A DNA stretch of 64,000 bases, taken from contig JAGIQG010000040.1 in NCBI GenBank assembly GCA_024679065.1, positions 10,416,001 to 10,480,000 on the forward strand, given 5' to 3'. The position numbers and the translations under genes were made by a program. Positions 1 to 12,989 of the stretch are shown here, piece after piece (position 1 is the stretch's first letter; each line of letters starts with the position of its first letter). Source of the stretch: Sphyrna mokarran. Taxonomy: Eukaryota. The notes under the pieces are model-generated. The model did no database searches and was not told the origin of the DNA. It saw only the letters and a list, made by a program, of their open reading frames with translations.

Positions 1-700
1 GTGGAATTCCCCTAGAGTGCAGCGTCTGGAACGCCGTCTCCCTGGTAACGCAAGATGGCCGCTGGCCGTCTCGCCTGGCAACGCAAGATGGCAGCTGGCC
101 GTTTCTCCTGGCAACGCAAGATGGCCGCTGGCCGTCTCGCCTGGCAACGCAAGATGGCCGCTGGCCGTCTCCCCTGGCAACGCAAGATGGCCGCTGGCGG
201 TGGGTGTGATTGTGGCGCAGGCGCAGTGAGGTCTGCCTGCAGCCCATTGTCCAGATTGCCCCCTAGTGGATGTGGTGGGGATGGTGCAGCAGATGGAGCA
301 ACAATCCCAGTTTCAATGGGGGGAGAGAAGCTGCAATGCTGCTCCCTGTTGTTCACTCCTCTCCCCAGTCTCAGCATTGCAGAGTGTTTAAACAAGAGGG
401 TGCATTGTCACAGCAGCACCTAGACCTGCAGTTTTAGTTTATTTATTAGTGTCACGAATAACTCGGGTTACATTAACACTGCAGTGAAGTTACTATATGA
501 ATTCCCTTCGTCTCCGTATTCCTGTTCGGGTAACACAGAGGGAGAATTTAAGCACAGCCCAATGCATCCTAACCCAGCACGTCTTTCAGACTAAGGGAAA
601 AAACAGGAGGAAACCTACACAGAAATGGGGAAAACGTGCAAATGACCCACAGGTCCCTAGCACAGTGAGGCTGCAGTGATAACCACTGTACCACCATGCT
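1..700. repeat. Inverted duplication arm; partner at about 11445-12035
   Basis: Bases 1-440 are the reverse complement of about 11690-12035 (ORFs 12..395- and 11740..12084+ share the N-terminal translation MFKHSAMLRLGRGVNNREQHCSFSP). The adjacent SINE is also mirrored. Confidence 0.85.
41..198 (+). repeat. 33-bp tandem repeat, 5 copies, each carrying a YY1-like motif (CAAGATGGC(C/A)GC)
   Basis: Unit cctggcaacgcaagatggccgctggccgtctcg starts at 41, 74, 107, 140 and 173, with no spacers. Confidence 0.9.
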
Positions 701-974
701 GACACGGGGGCAAATGTATTTGCGTGGAACAGGGGGCAGGTGGGAGTATCGCTGTCTCAGTTTGATGGCGGGGGAAACATCAGGAAAAATCAGCTTTGTC
801 TCAAAAAAATTCTGAGCTGCCCAGTTTCTGTACAACTGTAACAGAGACCAGAAAGAGAAAAAAACACAGCTCAACATCACGGGAAATGAACAATTGTGAA
901 TAAGGAATGAGAAAAGTTACTTGATTATACATGAAAATTATACTACAAGAAAACTATTAACTACAATTAATATA

Positions 975-3175
975 CTCTCGGTTATTACAGTCTGGGCCTT
1001 GTATAAGTAACCTCTGTCCTAAACCTCTCTCAGTTATTAGCGATCTATGCCTTATATCATTTATCTCTGCCCTATACCTCTCTGTTATCACAATCTGGGC
1101 CTTGTATCAATAATCTCTGCGCTAAACCTCTCCCATTATTACAATGTGAGTCTTGAATCAGTAAACTCTGCCCTAAATCTTTCTCTGTTATTAGAATCTG
1201 TGCCTTATGTCATTTATATCTGCCTTAAATACAGAGACATAGAAACACAGAGAGAGAAAAACAGAGATTCAGAGACACAGAGAGAAAAACACAGAGAGAC
1301 AGAGACACAGAGAAACACAGAGACACACAGACAGAGAGAAAGAATAACACAGAGAGACAGAGACACAGAGACAGAAAAACACAGAAACACAGAAAAACAC
1401 AGACAGACAGAGACACACAGACAGAAAAACACAGAGAGACAGACACACAGAGAGAAAAACACAGAAAGACAGAGACACAGAGAAACACAGAGACACACAG
1501 ACAGAGAGAAAAACACAGAGAGACAGAGAAACACAGAGACACACAGAGAGAAAAACACAGACACACAGACAGAGAGAGAGAAAAACACAGAGAAACACAG
1601 AGAAACGTAGAGAGAAAAATAGAGAGACAGAGACACACAGAGAGAAAACACAGACAGACAGAGACACAGAGAAACACAGAGACACACAAAGAAAAAAACA
1701 CAGAGAGACAGAGACACAGAGAAACACAGAGACACATAGAGAGAAAAACACAGAGACACAGAGAAACCCAGAGACACAAAGACACACAGAGACACAGAGA
1801 CACACAGAGAAAAACACAGAAATACAGAGATACAGAGAAACATAGAGACACACAGACACACACAGAGCAAAACACAGAAATACAGAGACACAGAGAAATA
1901 CAGAGACACACAGACACACAGAGAAAAAACACAAAGGCACATAGAAACACAGAGACAAATAGAGAAAAAAAACACAGACACAGAGAGGATAGAGACAGAG
2001 AGATATGAATATAGAGAAATACAGAGACAGAGAGAGAGACAGAGAGAGAGGCAGAGTGATAGAGACAGAGACATAGATACACAGACATAGAGAGTCATAG
2101 ATACAGAGAAATACAGAGACACAGAAAGATACACAGGTACAGACAAGGAGACAGAAAGAGACACAGACACAGAGAAATACACAGAACCACACAGATATGT
2201 AGAGACATACATAGAGACACACACACAAAATCATACTAACAGAGATATAGAGAAAAAGAGATGGAGATAGACAAAGTCAGAATTAGTCAATTTTGCACCC
2301 AATGTTTATTTAAATATTCAGAGAATATTTGACAGGAGAATTGATTTTAAAGTAAACACTGTGAATATGATCTTTGAGCTTCACACTGGAATCAGAACCC
2401 ATTCGATCTGAGCTGCCCAGGATCTGTACAACTGTAACAGAGACCAGAAAGAGAAAAAAACACGACTCAACAGCACGGATTGCCAATAAGGAACAAGAAA
2501 AGTTTTTTTATTCATACATGAACTTTAAACTACAAGACACTCCGCCCTAAACCTCTCTCAGTTATTACAATCTAGGTCTTCTATCAGTAATCTCTGCCCT
2601 AAACCTCTCTCAGTTGTGACGATCTCGATGTATGAGTAACCTCTGCCCAAAGTTTTCGTTAGAAAGGAGGCGGCTAAGAGGAGATCTTATAGAAACATAT
2701 AAGATGATTAGAGGTTTAGATAGGGTGGACAGTGATAGCCTTTTTCCTAGGATGGAGAAAGCTAGCATGAGGGGACACAGCTTTCAATTAAGGGGTGATA
2801 GTTATAGGACGGATATCAGAGGTAGGTTCTTTACCCAAAGGGTGGTTCGGGAGTGGAATGCCCTGCCTGCAGCAGTTGTAGATGCGCCAATTTTGGTGGC
2901 GTTTAAGAGGTTAGTTGATAAGTATATGGAAGAGAAGGGAATGGTTTAGTTTGGAGGGTCATTGCTTTTTATATTGGTCGGCGCAACATCGAAGGCCGAA
3001 GGGCCTGTTCTGTGCTGTAATGTTCTATGTTCTATGTTCTAAAGTCTTTCAGTTATTACAATGTGGGCCTTGTATAAGTAATCTGTGTCCTAAACCTCTC
3101 TATTATTGCAATTTGGGCCTTGTATCAGTAATCTCTGCTCTAAACCTCTCTCAGTTATTACAAACTGGGCCTTCA
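975..3175. repeat. About 50-bp minisatellite (ctctgccctaaacctctctcagttattacaatctgggccttgtatcagtaat-like), interrupted by a (CA/GA)-rich low-complexity tract (1228-2280) and a CR1 fragment
   Basis: The unit recurs at about 975-1225, 2540-2650 and 3045-3175. Confidence 0.75.
2652..3040 (+). mobile_element. CR1/L3 LINE 3' fragment
   Basis: FSLERRRLRGDLIETYKM...FFTQRVV..WN ORF2 C-terminus, followed by a (TTCTATG)n tail. Confidence 0.9.
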
Positions 3176-4789
3176 ATCTGTGTGAACCCCGCTTCCTGTC
3201 TCTGTTTGCAGGAAGCGAGCCTTCCCTGTCCATCCTGTCTTGGCCCCGCTTAGAATTTTAGACACCTCAGTTCGGTCACCTCTCAGCAAAACAACCCTTA
3301 CCAATCCAATCCTTTCCTCATAGCTGCAATTTCCCCAGCCCTGCTAATACATTTGCAAATCCAAATGGTTATCGAATCTGATTAAACTTTAACATTGCCC
3401 CATCGTCAACAGTGAACAATCAACAGATGCACAAACAAGAGGCAGAGACTGTGTAAATGTCGGGATATTTATTCAGAAAACAATGAAATATTTCTTGACA
3501 TGTTCAGATAAATCTCAATGATGGTCGTTGACCAGGTCTACATTCAAACAATGGTGTGGTCCAAGGTTAAATGTCATTGTAACAAAGTAGAAGTTTATCC
3601 TGAAATTGGACATTGCCGGTGACTCCCAATATAACAGAGAGATCCAAACTCACACTACACCCTGATGTGGCAAAGGGGACACCAGGCTGAGGTATGCACT
3701 TGGAATTAAAGAACACCGATGTATGTTTGATTCTGGTGATGCACCCACTCCGAGCCAGTATTGAGTAATTCTTAGGCAGAGAGACATAAAATCTCCTTCG
3801 GGTGCTCTGGTTTCCTCCCACACTCCAAAGATGTGCAGGTTGGGTGCATTGTCCATGCTAAATTGCCCTTAAGGTAAGATGTGCAGGTTGGGTGCATTGT
3901 CCATGCTAAATTGCCCTTAAGGTCCCAAGATACTTAGGTTAGGGGGGTTATTGAGCAAATACATGGAGTTACGTACTAAGCCTTGGTAAGAGTCAGTACA
4001 GATTTGAAAGGCCGAATGTTCTCCTTCTGCATTGTAAGAATTCTATGAGTCTATGAGCTGAAACTCTCTGGGCCAGGTAACGTCATGGGAAATCTCCTGT
4101 CACCCTTTCCAGTGCTATCACATCCCTCCGATCTCGTGGAGTCCACAACTGCACCATTTTTTCATAGAAGTGACAAGATTTGTAGAGAAGGATAATACAA
4201 AGATACAAAGATACAAAGAACAACACAGCACAGTTTCTGATAGACAATAGAATTAAAGGTTATGGGGAGAAAGTGGAAAAGTGGAACCGATCCACTTCAG
4301 ATCAACCATGATCTTATTGAATGGCAGGGCAGGCTCAATGGGCTCGATGCCTACTCCTGCTCCTTTTTTTTACATTCTTATGTTCAACCATTATCTTGTA
4401 AATTGAGTCTGTGTCTATGCATACCTTGTTTGTGAACAGATCTCTTCACTCACCTGAAGAAGGAACACTCTGAAAGCTTATGCTACCAAATAAACCTGTT
4501 GGACTTTAACCTGGTATTGCGAGATCTCTTACTATCCTTACCCCAGTCCAACGCCGGCACCTCCACATCACGATTGAACCCAGCCAGAGTCAGCATCATC
4601 AAGGAAGAAGTGAGAGGGGAAACAGTATAAGAGCTTTGATATTTCTCTGTGATCCATATTAAACTTACAGAAATGGAGCACAGCAGATCACCAATTCACA
4701 ACATTTTGTTAACTGATTTCAAATGTTCACAATTTTATTTTGTATTAACTGAGATTTCAGTGGCGCAGTTATCACCCAGCATTCGCTGC

Positions 4790-5125
4790 GGGTGTGAAAG
4801 TGCCCACTCCACAGGAGGCCAGTACGCAGGCGCGGTGCTGCCTCTGGAGCATGCGCACTGTCACTTCCCTCGGAGCCCTGCGAGTGCGGGAGCGGTTTGT
4901 TTTAGCGGGTGGGAATCAGTGGGGCGGAGGGAGAAATGGAGCCGGGAGCTGGGGTGGGAAGGGAGCGGGGGCTTCAAAAACACCCGCTGTAGACCGCAAG
5001 GCCGGAATCAGAGCCTGCGGCTCCCGGGTTTGCGGGGATTTTATCCGGGATCCGGCCCAGGGCCGCGGCCGCCATGTTTGTTCAGCGGGAAGTGGAGCGC
5101 ATGCGCGGCCAGTGGGCGGAGCTAA
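4790..5125. promoter_or_regulatory. CpG-rich promoter, probably of the zinc-finger gene
   Basis: CpG-dense, with NRF1-like GCATGCGC motifs (about 4849 and 5099), GC boxes (GGGCGG) and an ETS-like GGAAGT. Confidence 0.5.
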
Positions 5126-5329
5126 AGCAGACAATGCTGGAAAATCTCAGCAGGTCTGACAGCTCCTGGGGGAAGAGAATAGAGGCAATGTTTCCAGTCT
5201 GGATGAGCCTATGTCAGAGCTAAGGGTAAAGAGAATCAGAAAAGATTTATACTGTGGGGTGGAGTGGGATGAAGGGAATGTAAATGAGCATAAAGATGGC
5301 TGCGAAGTTGCTAAAAACCAGAGAATCAT

Positions 5330-5600
5330 AGAATCTTACAGTGCAGAAGGAGGCCATTCGGCCCATCGAGTCTGCACCGATCACAATCCCACCCATAACC
5401 CCATGTACTTATCAAGCTAGTCCCCCGAACACAAAGGGACAATTTAGCATAGCGAATCCACCTGACCTGCTTATCTTGGGACTCTGGGAGGAAACTGGAG
5501 CACCTGGAGGAAACCCACACAGAATCTGGGAGAATGTGCAAACTCCACACAGACAGTGGCCCAAGCTGGGAATTGAACCAGATCTTTGGTGCTGTGAGGT
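5330..5600 (-). mobile_element. V-SINE (HE1-like) copy; related copies at about 440-705, 3800-4055, 11445-11698, 37245-37560, 42910-43190, 46790-47060 and 53280-53420
   Basis: Reverse complement contains the V-domain (gtgtggagtttgcacattctccc...gggtttcctcc.ggtgctcc.gtttcctccca), a tRNA-like B box and a CR1-like tail. Confidence 0.75.
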
Positions 5601-6311
5601 ACCAGTCTTAGGGAAGTTTTGTTGCAACTGTACAAGGTACTGGTGAGACCATATCTGGAAGATGGTGAGCCGTTTTGGTCTCCTTATTTAAGGATAAATA
5701 TTATTTCCTTGAAGGCAGTTCAGGATAGATCCTCAAGGATTATCCCTGTTATGGAGGAATTGTTTTATGAGGATAGGTTATGACTCTCCTCATTGGAGTT
5801 TAGAAGAATGAGAGGTGATCTTATTGAAGCATATCGTATTCTTTAGGGACTTAAGGTAAATTCTGAGCAGATATTTCCTGTCATGGGAGAGTCTAGGACT
5901 AGAGGACACAGTCTCAGAACAAAAGGTGCTAATTTAAGACACAGATCAGGAGCAATTCCTTCTCCCAGAGAGTTGAGAGTCTTTGCAATTCCTTGCCACA
6001 GAGAGCTGTGGGGGCAGGGACTTTGTGTATATTTTTGATCAGGAAGGAAATCAAGGGTTACGGGGAAAGAGTAAGAAAGTGAACATGAGAAATGTCAAAT
6101 CATCCATGATCCTATTGAATGGGTGATATTCAGTCCTTTCTTTGCCAGACATCAGTGAATCAGTGGGTTTTTATGATACTCCAGTGATTTTTACATTCAT
6201 TTTTTTCCTAGTGCTAACCCCACAAATCACCAGATCTTTTCAGCTCAGTTTCAGAACCTGCCTTTGTGTTTCTGTGTATTCTTTTTCACTTTGTTTTTCT
6301 TTTACACTCAG

Positions 6312-6950
6312 GGTTTTAGAAGAGGAGGATTTGCAGTCAGGAATCTTCGAACAAACATCACATCAGGATCTGACAGAGCTTCCCAGTTAACGGTAAATTG
6401 ATTAACATTCAGACTTTAAACATTGAAGAATAAAGCATTGTTCACAGTGGGTAAAGCTCTTCTCTTTGTGGATGAGGATTCAGCTGATCATTTGGCCTCA
6501 GGAGCTACAAATATAAACATCCTGGGGAGGAACCATGTAAGAGTGAGGACAGTGAGGAGGGACTGAGTTACTTGTCTGAGCTGGAAGCTCATCGTGCAGT
6601 CACAGTGGGCAGAGGCCGTTCACCGGCTCCGTGTGTTGGACTGATTTCACTCCCATCATCCAACCTATTGGCTCACCGACATATTCACACTGACGGATTT
6701 TTGTTCAAATGCTCCAGAGATGGAAATAATTCATTCAGTCATCCCACCGCATGACACACAAACATGTTCACACTCTGGAGTGATTTTTGTAATTGCCCAG
6801 ACGACGAGAAGAGCTGGAAAAGTTCCAGGGAAGTGTTATCCTATCAATGTGTCCACACTGATGAAATACCGTTCAGGTTCTCTCACTTTTGGACCGTGCA
6901 AATTCACACTGGGGAGAGGTTATTCCTCTGCTCTGACTCAGTTGAAAAAA
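6312..6950 (+). pseudogene. Degenerate copy of a C2H2 zinc-finger exon
   Basis: The acceptor and exon start resemble the intact exon at about 7685. Broken finger linkers (cacactggggagagg, cacactgatgaaataccgttc) with stops and frameshifts. Confidence 0.6.
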
Positions 6951-6984
6951 TTACAACTAAATCACTATTTGCTATTGAATAAAA

Positions 6985-7330
6985 AAAGATACTTTATTAG
7001 AAGAGTAAGGGTTACAAGGTAAGTTCCAGAATATTAAACATTTAATAGAGTTCCAGAAATTATAAACAACAACAGAAACAAACGCAAATGATCAGAATGA
7101 ACAAAGTTCAGTTTTGAATGTCATTAACAGCAGCAACAACAGCAGAATCCAACCCCAGTAATCACTGCTGAACTCACTGGTGTGTCAGCTGATTAGATGA
7201 TCGAATGTATCTTCTCACACATGGAGAAGGAGTCTGGTCTCTCCCCAGTCTGAACTCGCTGGTGTGGGTCTTGGAGGTGATGGATTTCCCAGACACCAGC
7301 TGCTCTTGTCTTTCCAGTGAATGGAGATAT
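6985..7330 (-). pseudogene. Inverted 3' remnant of a zinc-finger gene
   Basis: The minus strand reads HQRVQTGERPDSFSMCE at about 7215-7265, followed by 3'UTR-like sequence and AATAAA at about 6993-6998. Confidence 0.5.
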
Positions 7331-7783
7331 GGGTTTCGATGATTATTTTGAAATTCAAATTCATTTGCAGATCTCTGAAGTTCATCTCTTTTACCTCTCC
7401 TTTGCCTCTCTCCCTCTTTTTTACCATTGCCTTTGCCTCTCTCCCTCCTCCCATGGAAACAGAGTCTTGTGTAAGCCCAGACTGGGTGGCAGGTTCCCTT
7501 CCCTTAGGAACATTAGTGAACCAGTTGGATTGTTATGAGATGCCAGCAGTTTTCAGGGTCACTTTTTCCTAGCACTAGCCCCACGAATTATGAGATTAAT
7601 TTAGCCCACATTTACAACCTGCCTTTGTGTTTTTGTGAGTTCTCTTTTATATATCCTTGATTCTGTCTTAAATTCATTTTACAGATTATTTGAAAGGTTC
7701 ACAGTCAGGAAAGTCAAACTAAACCTCAAAATCTGACACAGTCACTCGATTCATCAGGACTTGAATATCATCGGCCTTTAAAC

Positions 7784-8653
7784 ATGGAAGCAGGAAGTAC
7801 TGTTCAAGCCAGGGAGAAACCGTGGAAATGTGTGGACTGTAGAAAGGGATTCAGATCCCCATCTGAGCTGGAAATTCATCGACGCAGACACACCGGGGAG
7901 AGGCCTTTCATTTGTTCCATATGTGGGAAGAGATTCACTCAGTTTATCTGTCTTCAGCTGCATGAGCGACTCCACACCGGGAAGAGGCCGTTCACCTGCT
8001 CGGTGTGTGGAAACGGATTCACTCGCTCATCCCACCTACTGAAACACCAGCAAGTTCACACTGACAAGAGGGAGTTTCAATGCCCCAATTGTAAGAAGAG
8101 ATTTAAAAGCCCTCACGGACTGAGGGAGCACCAGCGCATTCACACCGAGTACACACTGTTCAGCTGCTCAAAGTGTTGGAAGAGTTTCAGGACAGCAACC
8201 CAGCTTCAGACACACCAACGAGTTCACACTGACAAGAGACCTTTTAAATGTCCAGAGTGTGAGAAGTGCTTCAAAAGTTCTGGTGAACTGATGTCCCATC
8301 AGCTTGTTCACACTGAGGAGAGACCGTTCCAGTGCTCACACTGTGGGACTGGGTTCAGGCGATCATCTCATCTCACTGTACACCAGCGAGTTCATACTGG
8401 GGAGAGGCCATTCATCTGCTCCAAGTGTGGGAAGGGATTCACTCAGTCCTCCAACCTGCTGACACACCAACAAATTCACACTGAGGTGAGGCCGTTCACC
8501 TGTCCTGAGTGTGGGAAGGGATTTGCGCGATCATCCCACCTGCTGACACACCAGCGCATTCACACTGGGGAGAGGCCGTTCACCTGCTCCGAGTGCGGGA
8601 AGAGATTTATCGAATCATCCGATCTGGTGAAACACCAGCGAGTTCACAGATAA
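7784..8653 (+). CDS. Tandem C2H2 (Krueppel-type) zinc-finger protein, 10 fingers
   Basis: 289-aa ORF with ten CxxC-x12-HxxxH fingers and TGERPF linkers. Splice acceptor tttacag at about 7684. No KRAB/SCAN domain seen. Confidence 0.9.
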   Translation: MEAGSTVQAREKPWKCVDCRKGFRSPSELEIHRRRHTGERPFICSICGKRFTQFICLQLHERLHTGKRPFTCSVCGNGFTRSSHLLKHQQVHTDKREFQCPNCKKRFKSPHGLREHQRIHTEYTLFSCSKCWKSFRTATQLQTHQRVHTDKRPFKCPECEKCFKSSGELMSHQLVHTEERPFQCSHCGTGFRRSSHLTVHQRVHTGERPFICSKCGKGFTQSSNLLTHQQIHTEVRPFTCPECGKGFARSSHLLTHQRIHTGERPFTCSECGKRFIESSDLVKHQRVHR

Positions 8654-11600
8654 CAGCTCTGCTCTGATTCTGCTGTTGTTCATCAGATTCAGGACTGAAC
8701 CTTGTTTGTCTTGACACTGGGTGAGTGTTGATGATGTTGCTGCAAAGTACAGTAACTGGGCTGGAGTCAACAGAATTTGCATTTATATAGCTCCTTACAC
8801 AACCTCAGTGCATCTTGGTGTGCAGTCAGCATCCACAACAGCAATGTGATTCTGCCAGTGTTCTGTTGTTGGGGAGAATGGGTGAGGGATAATATTGATT
8901 TCAGCGGGGTAAAGCTCAACAGCAATGTGATAATGAACAGTGTTCTGTTTTTCTGGAGGTTGTGTAAGGGGTAATATTGGTCTCAGCAGATTGTCTTTAA
9001 CTGACTTTATTACAGCACTGCTATAATACAGACAGAGTATAGTTACTTGTTCTGCAGAACAGAGGTAATATTCTAGATTCAGAGCCCTCTATCTGAGCAA
9101 GCTGCTCAGTTGTGTCATATTGTTACAGAAGAGTCAATGATAAAACCAGACAGACCACTCCGCGTTGACCTCGGTTCCAGAAATGATAAAAGCAAAACTG
9201 GTCCCAAGCTACTCCTACAAAGAATTCCTGGCTAACAGCTGGGTGTCTGTGCCAAAGTTGGCAGAGATTTTCTGAAAGATGTGGGTTCACTTCAACTTAA
9301 ATGTAAGACTTAAAGTCAATTACAATTGTTGGATTTAGTTGGGAGCTGATCTAAAAAGGACTTCCATTTACAACTAGCTACCGGACCATACTGGGTGCAA
9401 ATATTGTTACAGAATTTACTCAGTTAAACACACAAGTGCAAAATGCAAAACTTAACAAAGGCAGTGGAAGCAGTCAGTTCACTTTGTAACACTGGCCCCC
9501 ACCCTCCAGCCGACTGTGACACTGTTTCTTGTTCTGTTGACTGTTGTCTATCTTCTTCCTACTCAGCTTTTCTGAGCTGTGAACTGGGCAGCTGAAAGCT
9601 GATGGTTATTAACCATTTCTAGACACAGCCCCTGTACCTGATCCCTGGTGTTCCTGAACACTGGTTTGCATAATCAGTCCCTGACTTATTTAGGTGGTGT
9701 GTAATCAGTTTCTGATTGATTTCTTAATGGTGATGATCATCGACTGATCATTTCCTGCAATTTTGCGACTGGCTCTCCAATGTGTCAGTTACTTTCAGAG
9801 TTTGTCCCAAATGTCTTTTCTCTGATTTCATTAAACTGAGCTTTGTACTCAGATAATGGAGCTTCTTTGTCCGCTTATTTGAAATAAGAAAGCTTATGGT
9901 ATCAAATCCTAATGGTTAACATTTGGGTTCAGTATCTCAAATGTCTATTTGATGTGTAGAAACCTTGGGAGTTCTCACTGGGGCTGGTGACTATCAGTAT
10001 ATTTTGGTTAAAGAAAGTGTTTGTTGGTTTTTGTAGTGGTTGCCAGAGCTTGGAACACAGTGAATTAAAAGGACACATAGTGACACACAATCTTAAACTA
10101 ATACAGAAATTATGAAGTTATTTCAGATCTGAAATCCAAAGAAGGTGGACATTAAATCAGTGTAAAAAAGCTGAAACAGCAGGAAACACATATAAATACA
10201 ATAGAATACCTTCAATTAATAAAAGTTCAAAACTAATGAATCAGAATAACTTCTGAACTATAAAAATTAAACTGAAACCTTTAGTTTTTCAAACTAAATA
10301 TAATTATAGAGTGTGAAGGAAAGTGAGTGCTTCTTTTAAGATATTACAAGATAAAAGTTTAAACTAATTTACGACACAGTGCTGAAGTTTGAACCTTCAC
10401 AGCTGATTTCTTCACACAATATGGCCTGAAACTCAAATATAACTGTTATTGTCAATGGATGATGAGTTCACAGTTCCAGATCTTAGCTCATCCAGAGTTG
10501 ATGGGATCCACAGGACTCTGTAATTAAAGTATAAAAGTGTAAATTTACATTGGTCCACAGTCACGTGATATATTACACTTGTCAAATGAAAATGCAATTA
10601 CAGACAAAACCAGTGACATGATACTAATATATTATAATGAAGCACAATTTGACATCAGGTTAATTGATTAATAAGCTTCAATTATGAGATCATTACACAT
10701 GACTAAGCTACAAACGACTAAACATGAGCATTCCTGCAGTCGAACAACAGGCTAAGACAGTCACACATCTCAGTGCTAATGTTTTCACAGGAACAAGGAG
10801 TAGGATTCGACTATTTGACCCCTTGAGTCTGCTCCATCATTTAATCAGATCACGGCTGATCTGATTATAACTTTAAATCTACATCCTGCCTACCCCCAAT
10901 CATCTATTGCCAAGAACCTATCCTATAACAGCATTAAAAATATTCAAAGATTCTGCTCCCACCGCTTTTTCTGAAGAGCATTCCAGATGACTGTCTGAAA
11001 GAAGATATTTCACCTCCTCTGTTTTAAATGTGTGAACTTTTTTTTTAAACAGGAACCTCTATCTCTGGATTCTCACACAAGAAGAAACATCCTCTCCACA
11101 CCAATCTGTCAAGACCCTTCAGAATCTTCAATGTTTTGATCAAATTTCTCTCACTCTTCTAAACACCAGCAGACACAAGTCGAGCCTATTCAAGTTTTAC
11201 CCATAGTCCAATATTTCTGGCATTAGTCTGGTCAATTGACTGCTTCCAATGCATTTACATCCTTGCTTAAACAAGATGACCAATACTGTACACAATACTT
11301 CAGATCTGGTCTCACTGGTGCTCTGGGTAACTGAAGCATAACCTCCATATTTATGTAACCAATTCCCCTCAAATGATAGCTTTCCTAATTACTTGCTTTA
11401 GCTGCTTATTAGCTTTTTGTGATTCATGCAAAGAACAGCAAGGAAGCCAGGTTCGATTCCCGGTTTGGGTCACTAGCTATATAGAATTTGTGCATTCTCC
11501 CTGTGTCTGCGTGGGTTTGCTCCGGGAGCTCTGGTTTCCTTCCACAGTTTGAAAGACGTGCTGGTTAGGATGCATTGGTCATGCTAAATTCTTGAATGGA

Positions 11601-11899
11601 CCTGAACAGGCACGGAATGTGGCAACTGGGGGATTTTCACTGTGATTTCATTGCAGTGTTAATGTAAGCCGACATATTAGTGACACTAATAAATAAACTT
11701 AAACTGCAGGTCTAGGTGCCACTGTGACAATGCACCCTTTTGTTTAAACACTCTGCAATGCTGAGACTGGGGAGAGGAGTGAACAACAGGGAGCAGCATT
11801 GCAGCTTCTCTCCCCACATTGAAACTGGGATTGTTGCTCCATCTGCTGCACCATCCCCACCACATCCACTGGGGGCTAATCTGGACAATAGGCTGCAGG

Positions 11900-12520
11900 C
11901 AGGACTTCACTGCGCCTGCGCTGCAATCAAGCCCGCCGCCGCGGCCATCTTGCATTGCCAGGGGATACGGTCAGCGGCCATTTTGCGTTGCCAGGGAGAC
12001 GGCGTCCCACGCGCTGCACTCTGGGGGAATTCCACTGCCGCACATGCGCCCAGGCAGTTACATTTTAATCTTTTAATATTTTGAATCTTGATGATTATTT
12101 TTCACATCCTCACCCGACAGACTTTCGGTTCCTTCTCCATTCGGGAATATCGTTTCTTTTTTTTAATTACGTCTCTTTTTAAAACAATCACAAAGCGCGG
12201 TGTACGCTGGGAAAATACTACAGCACATGCGCAGTTCCACTACTTGCCTCTTTATAAAAATATGTATTTTGTTTAATTTTAATTCCGCTCCCGGTGGGAT
12301 TTCCGGGTGGGAATTTCTCTCACTTTCTACATTTCTGAACCGTCCTTTTTTCCTCGACCGGGGGGGGGAGGGGTTGATGGTGACGTCACGACAATATGGC
12401 TACTGTTCCCTCCTCTCTATAGGCCCCGTATGTTCCGCCAACGAGCAGCAATTCGGCCGAAGCGGGCAAGAGTTGACACTGGGCGGAGCAGTGCCCGGGC
12501 GTGTCACAACGACGACTGAT
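11900..12520. promoter_or_regulatory. CpG-island-like promoter
   Basis: YY1-like GCGGCCATCTTG and GCGGCCATTTTG (11941, 11974), two GCACATGCGC motifs, palindromic CRE GTGACGTCAC (12380-12389), and CCGGAA-type ETS motifs. Confidence 0.5.
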
Positions 12521-12989
12521 GGTCAGGAAGGGAAATAGCAGCAGCACCGTGTCTGCCCAAAGGCTTCCCCAGTTCAGCTGCTCAGAGACACTGGGAACCT
12601 CTTCAACTGGAAACTTCAGCTTCTTACATTCACCTCGATCCACTTGTCTACCCCTCCATCCATCTCACCCTCCCTCCTTCTTTCCATCCATCTCTCTCTC
12701 TCCCATCCACACATCCTTCTCTGCAATAAAACCATTCATTCGGAACAGCTGCTTCAATCTCATTACCTCAGTCTGTCTTCCAGTCTGTGTCAAATCGCTC
12801 TGTTCCCAGATACTTTATACATTAGATATTACTATTCAAATATTATAATCTTTCTAATTCTGTATTTGTTCAAAGATCACAGACAACAGAGAAATCATCA
12901 ATTGTACCCCCATTCTGAGCTATGAAAATTTATACATTTTCTCATTTCACAAACTTTTGATTTACTTCTGTTATGATTTTAGTGATGAC

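Noticed and set aside
41-198. 33-bp repeats as a CRISPR array or repeat protein
   Set aside because: Units are contiguous without spacers, the context is eukaryotic, and the ORFs are by-products of the repeat.
1047-2234. Long ORFs of 187-336 aa
   Set aside because: They are translations of (CA/GA)n low-complexity sequence. The same applies to ORFs at 13936-14222, 34822-35155, 48252-48978 and 49449-50905.
3460-3800. Possible minus-strand terminal coding exon with AATAAA
   Set aside because: No recognisable domain, an internal stop in the extended frame, and the 5' end runs into a SINE.
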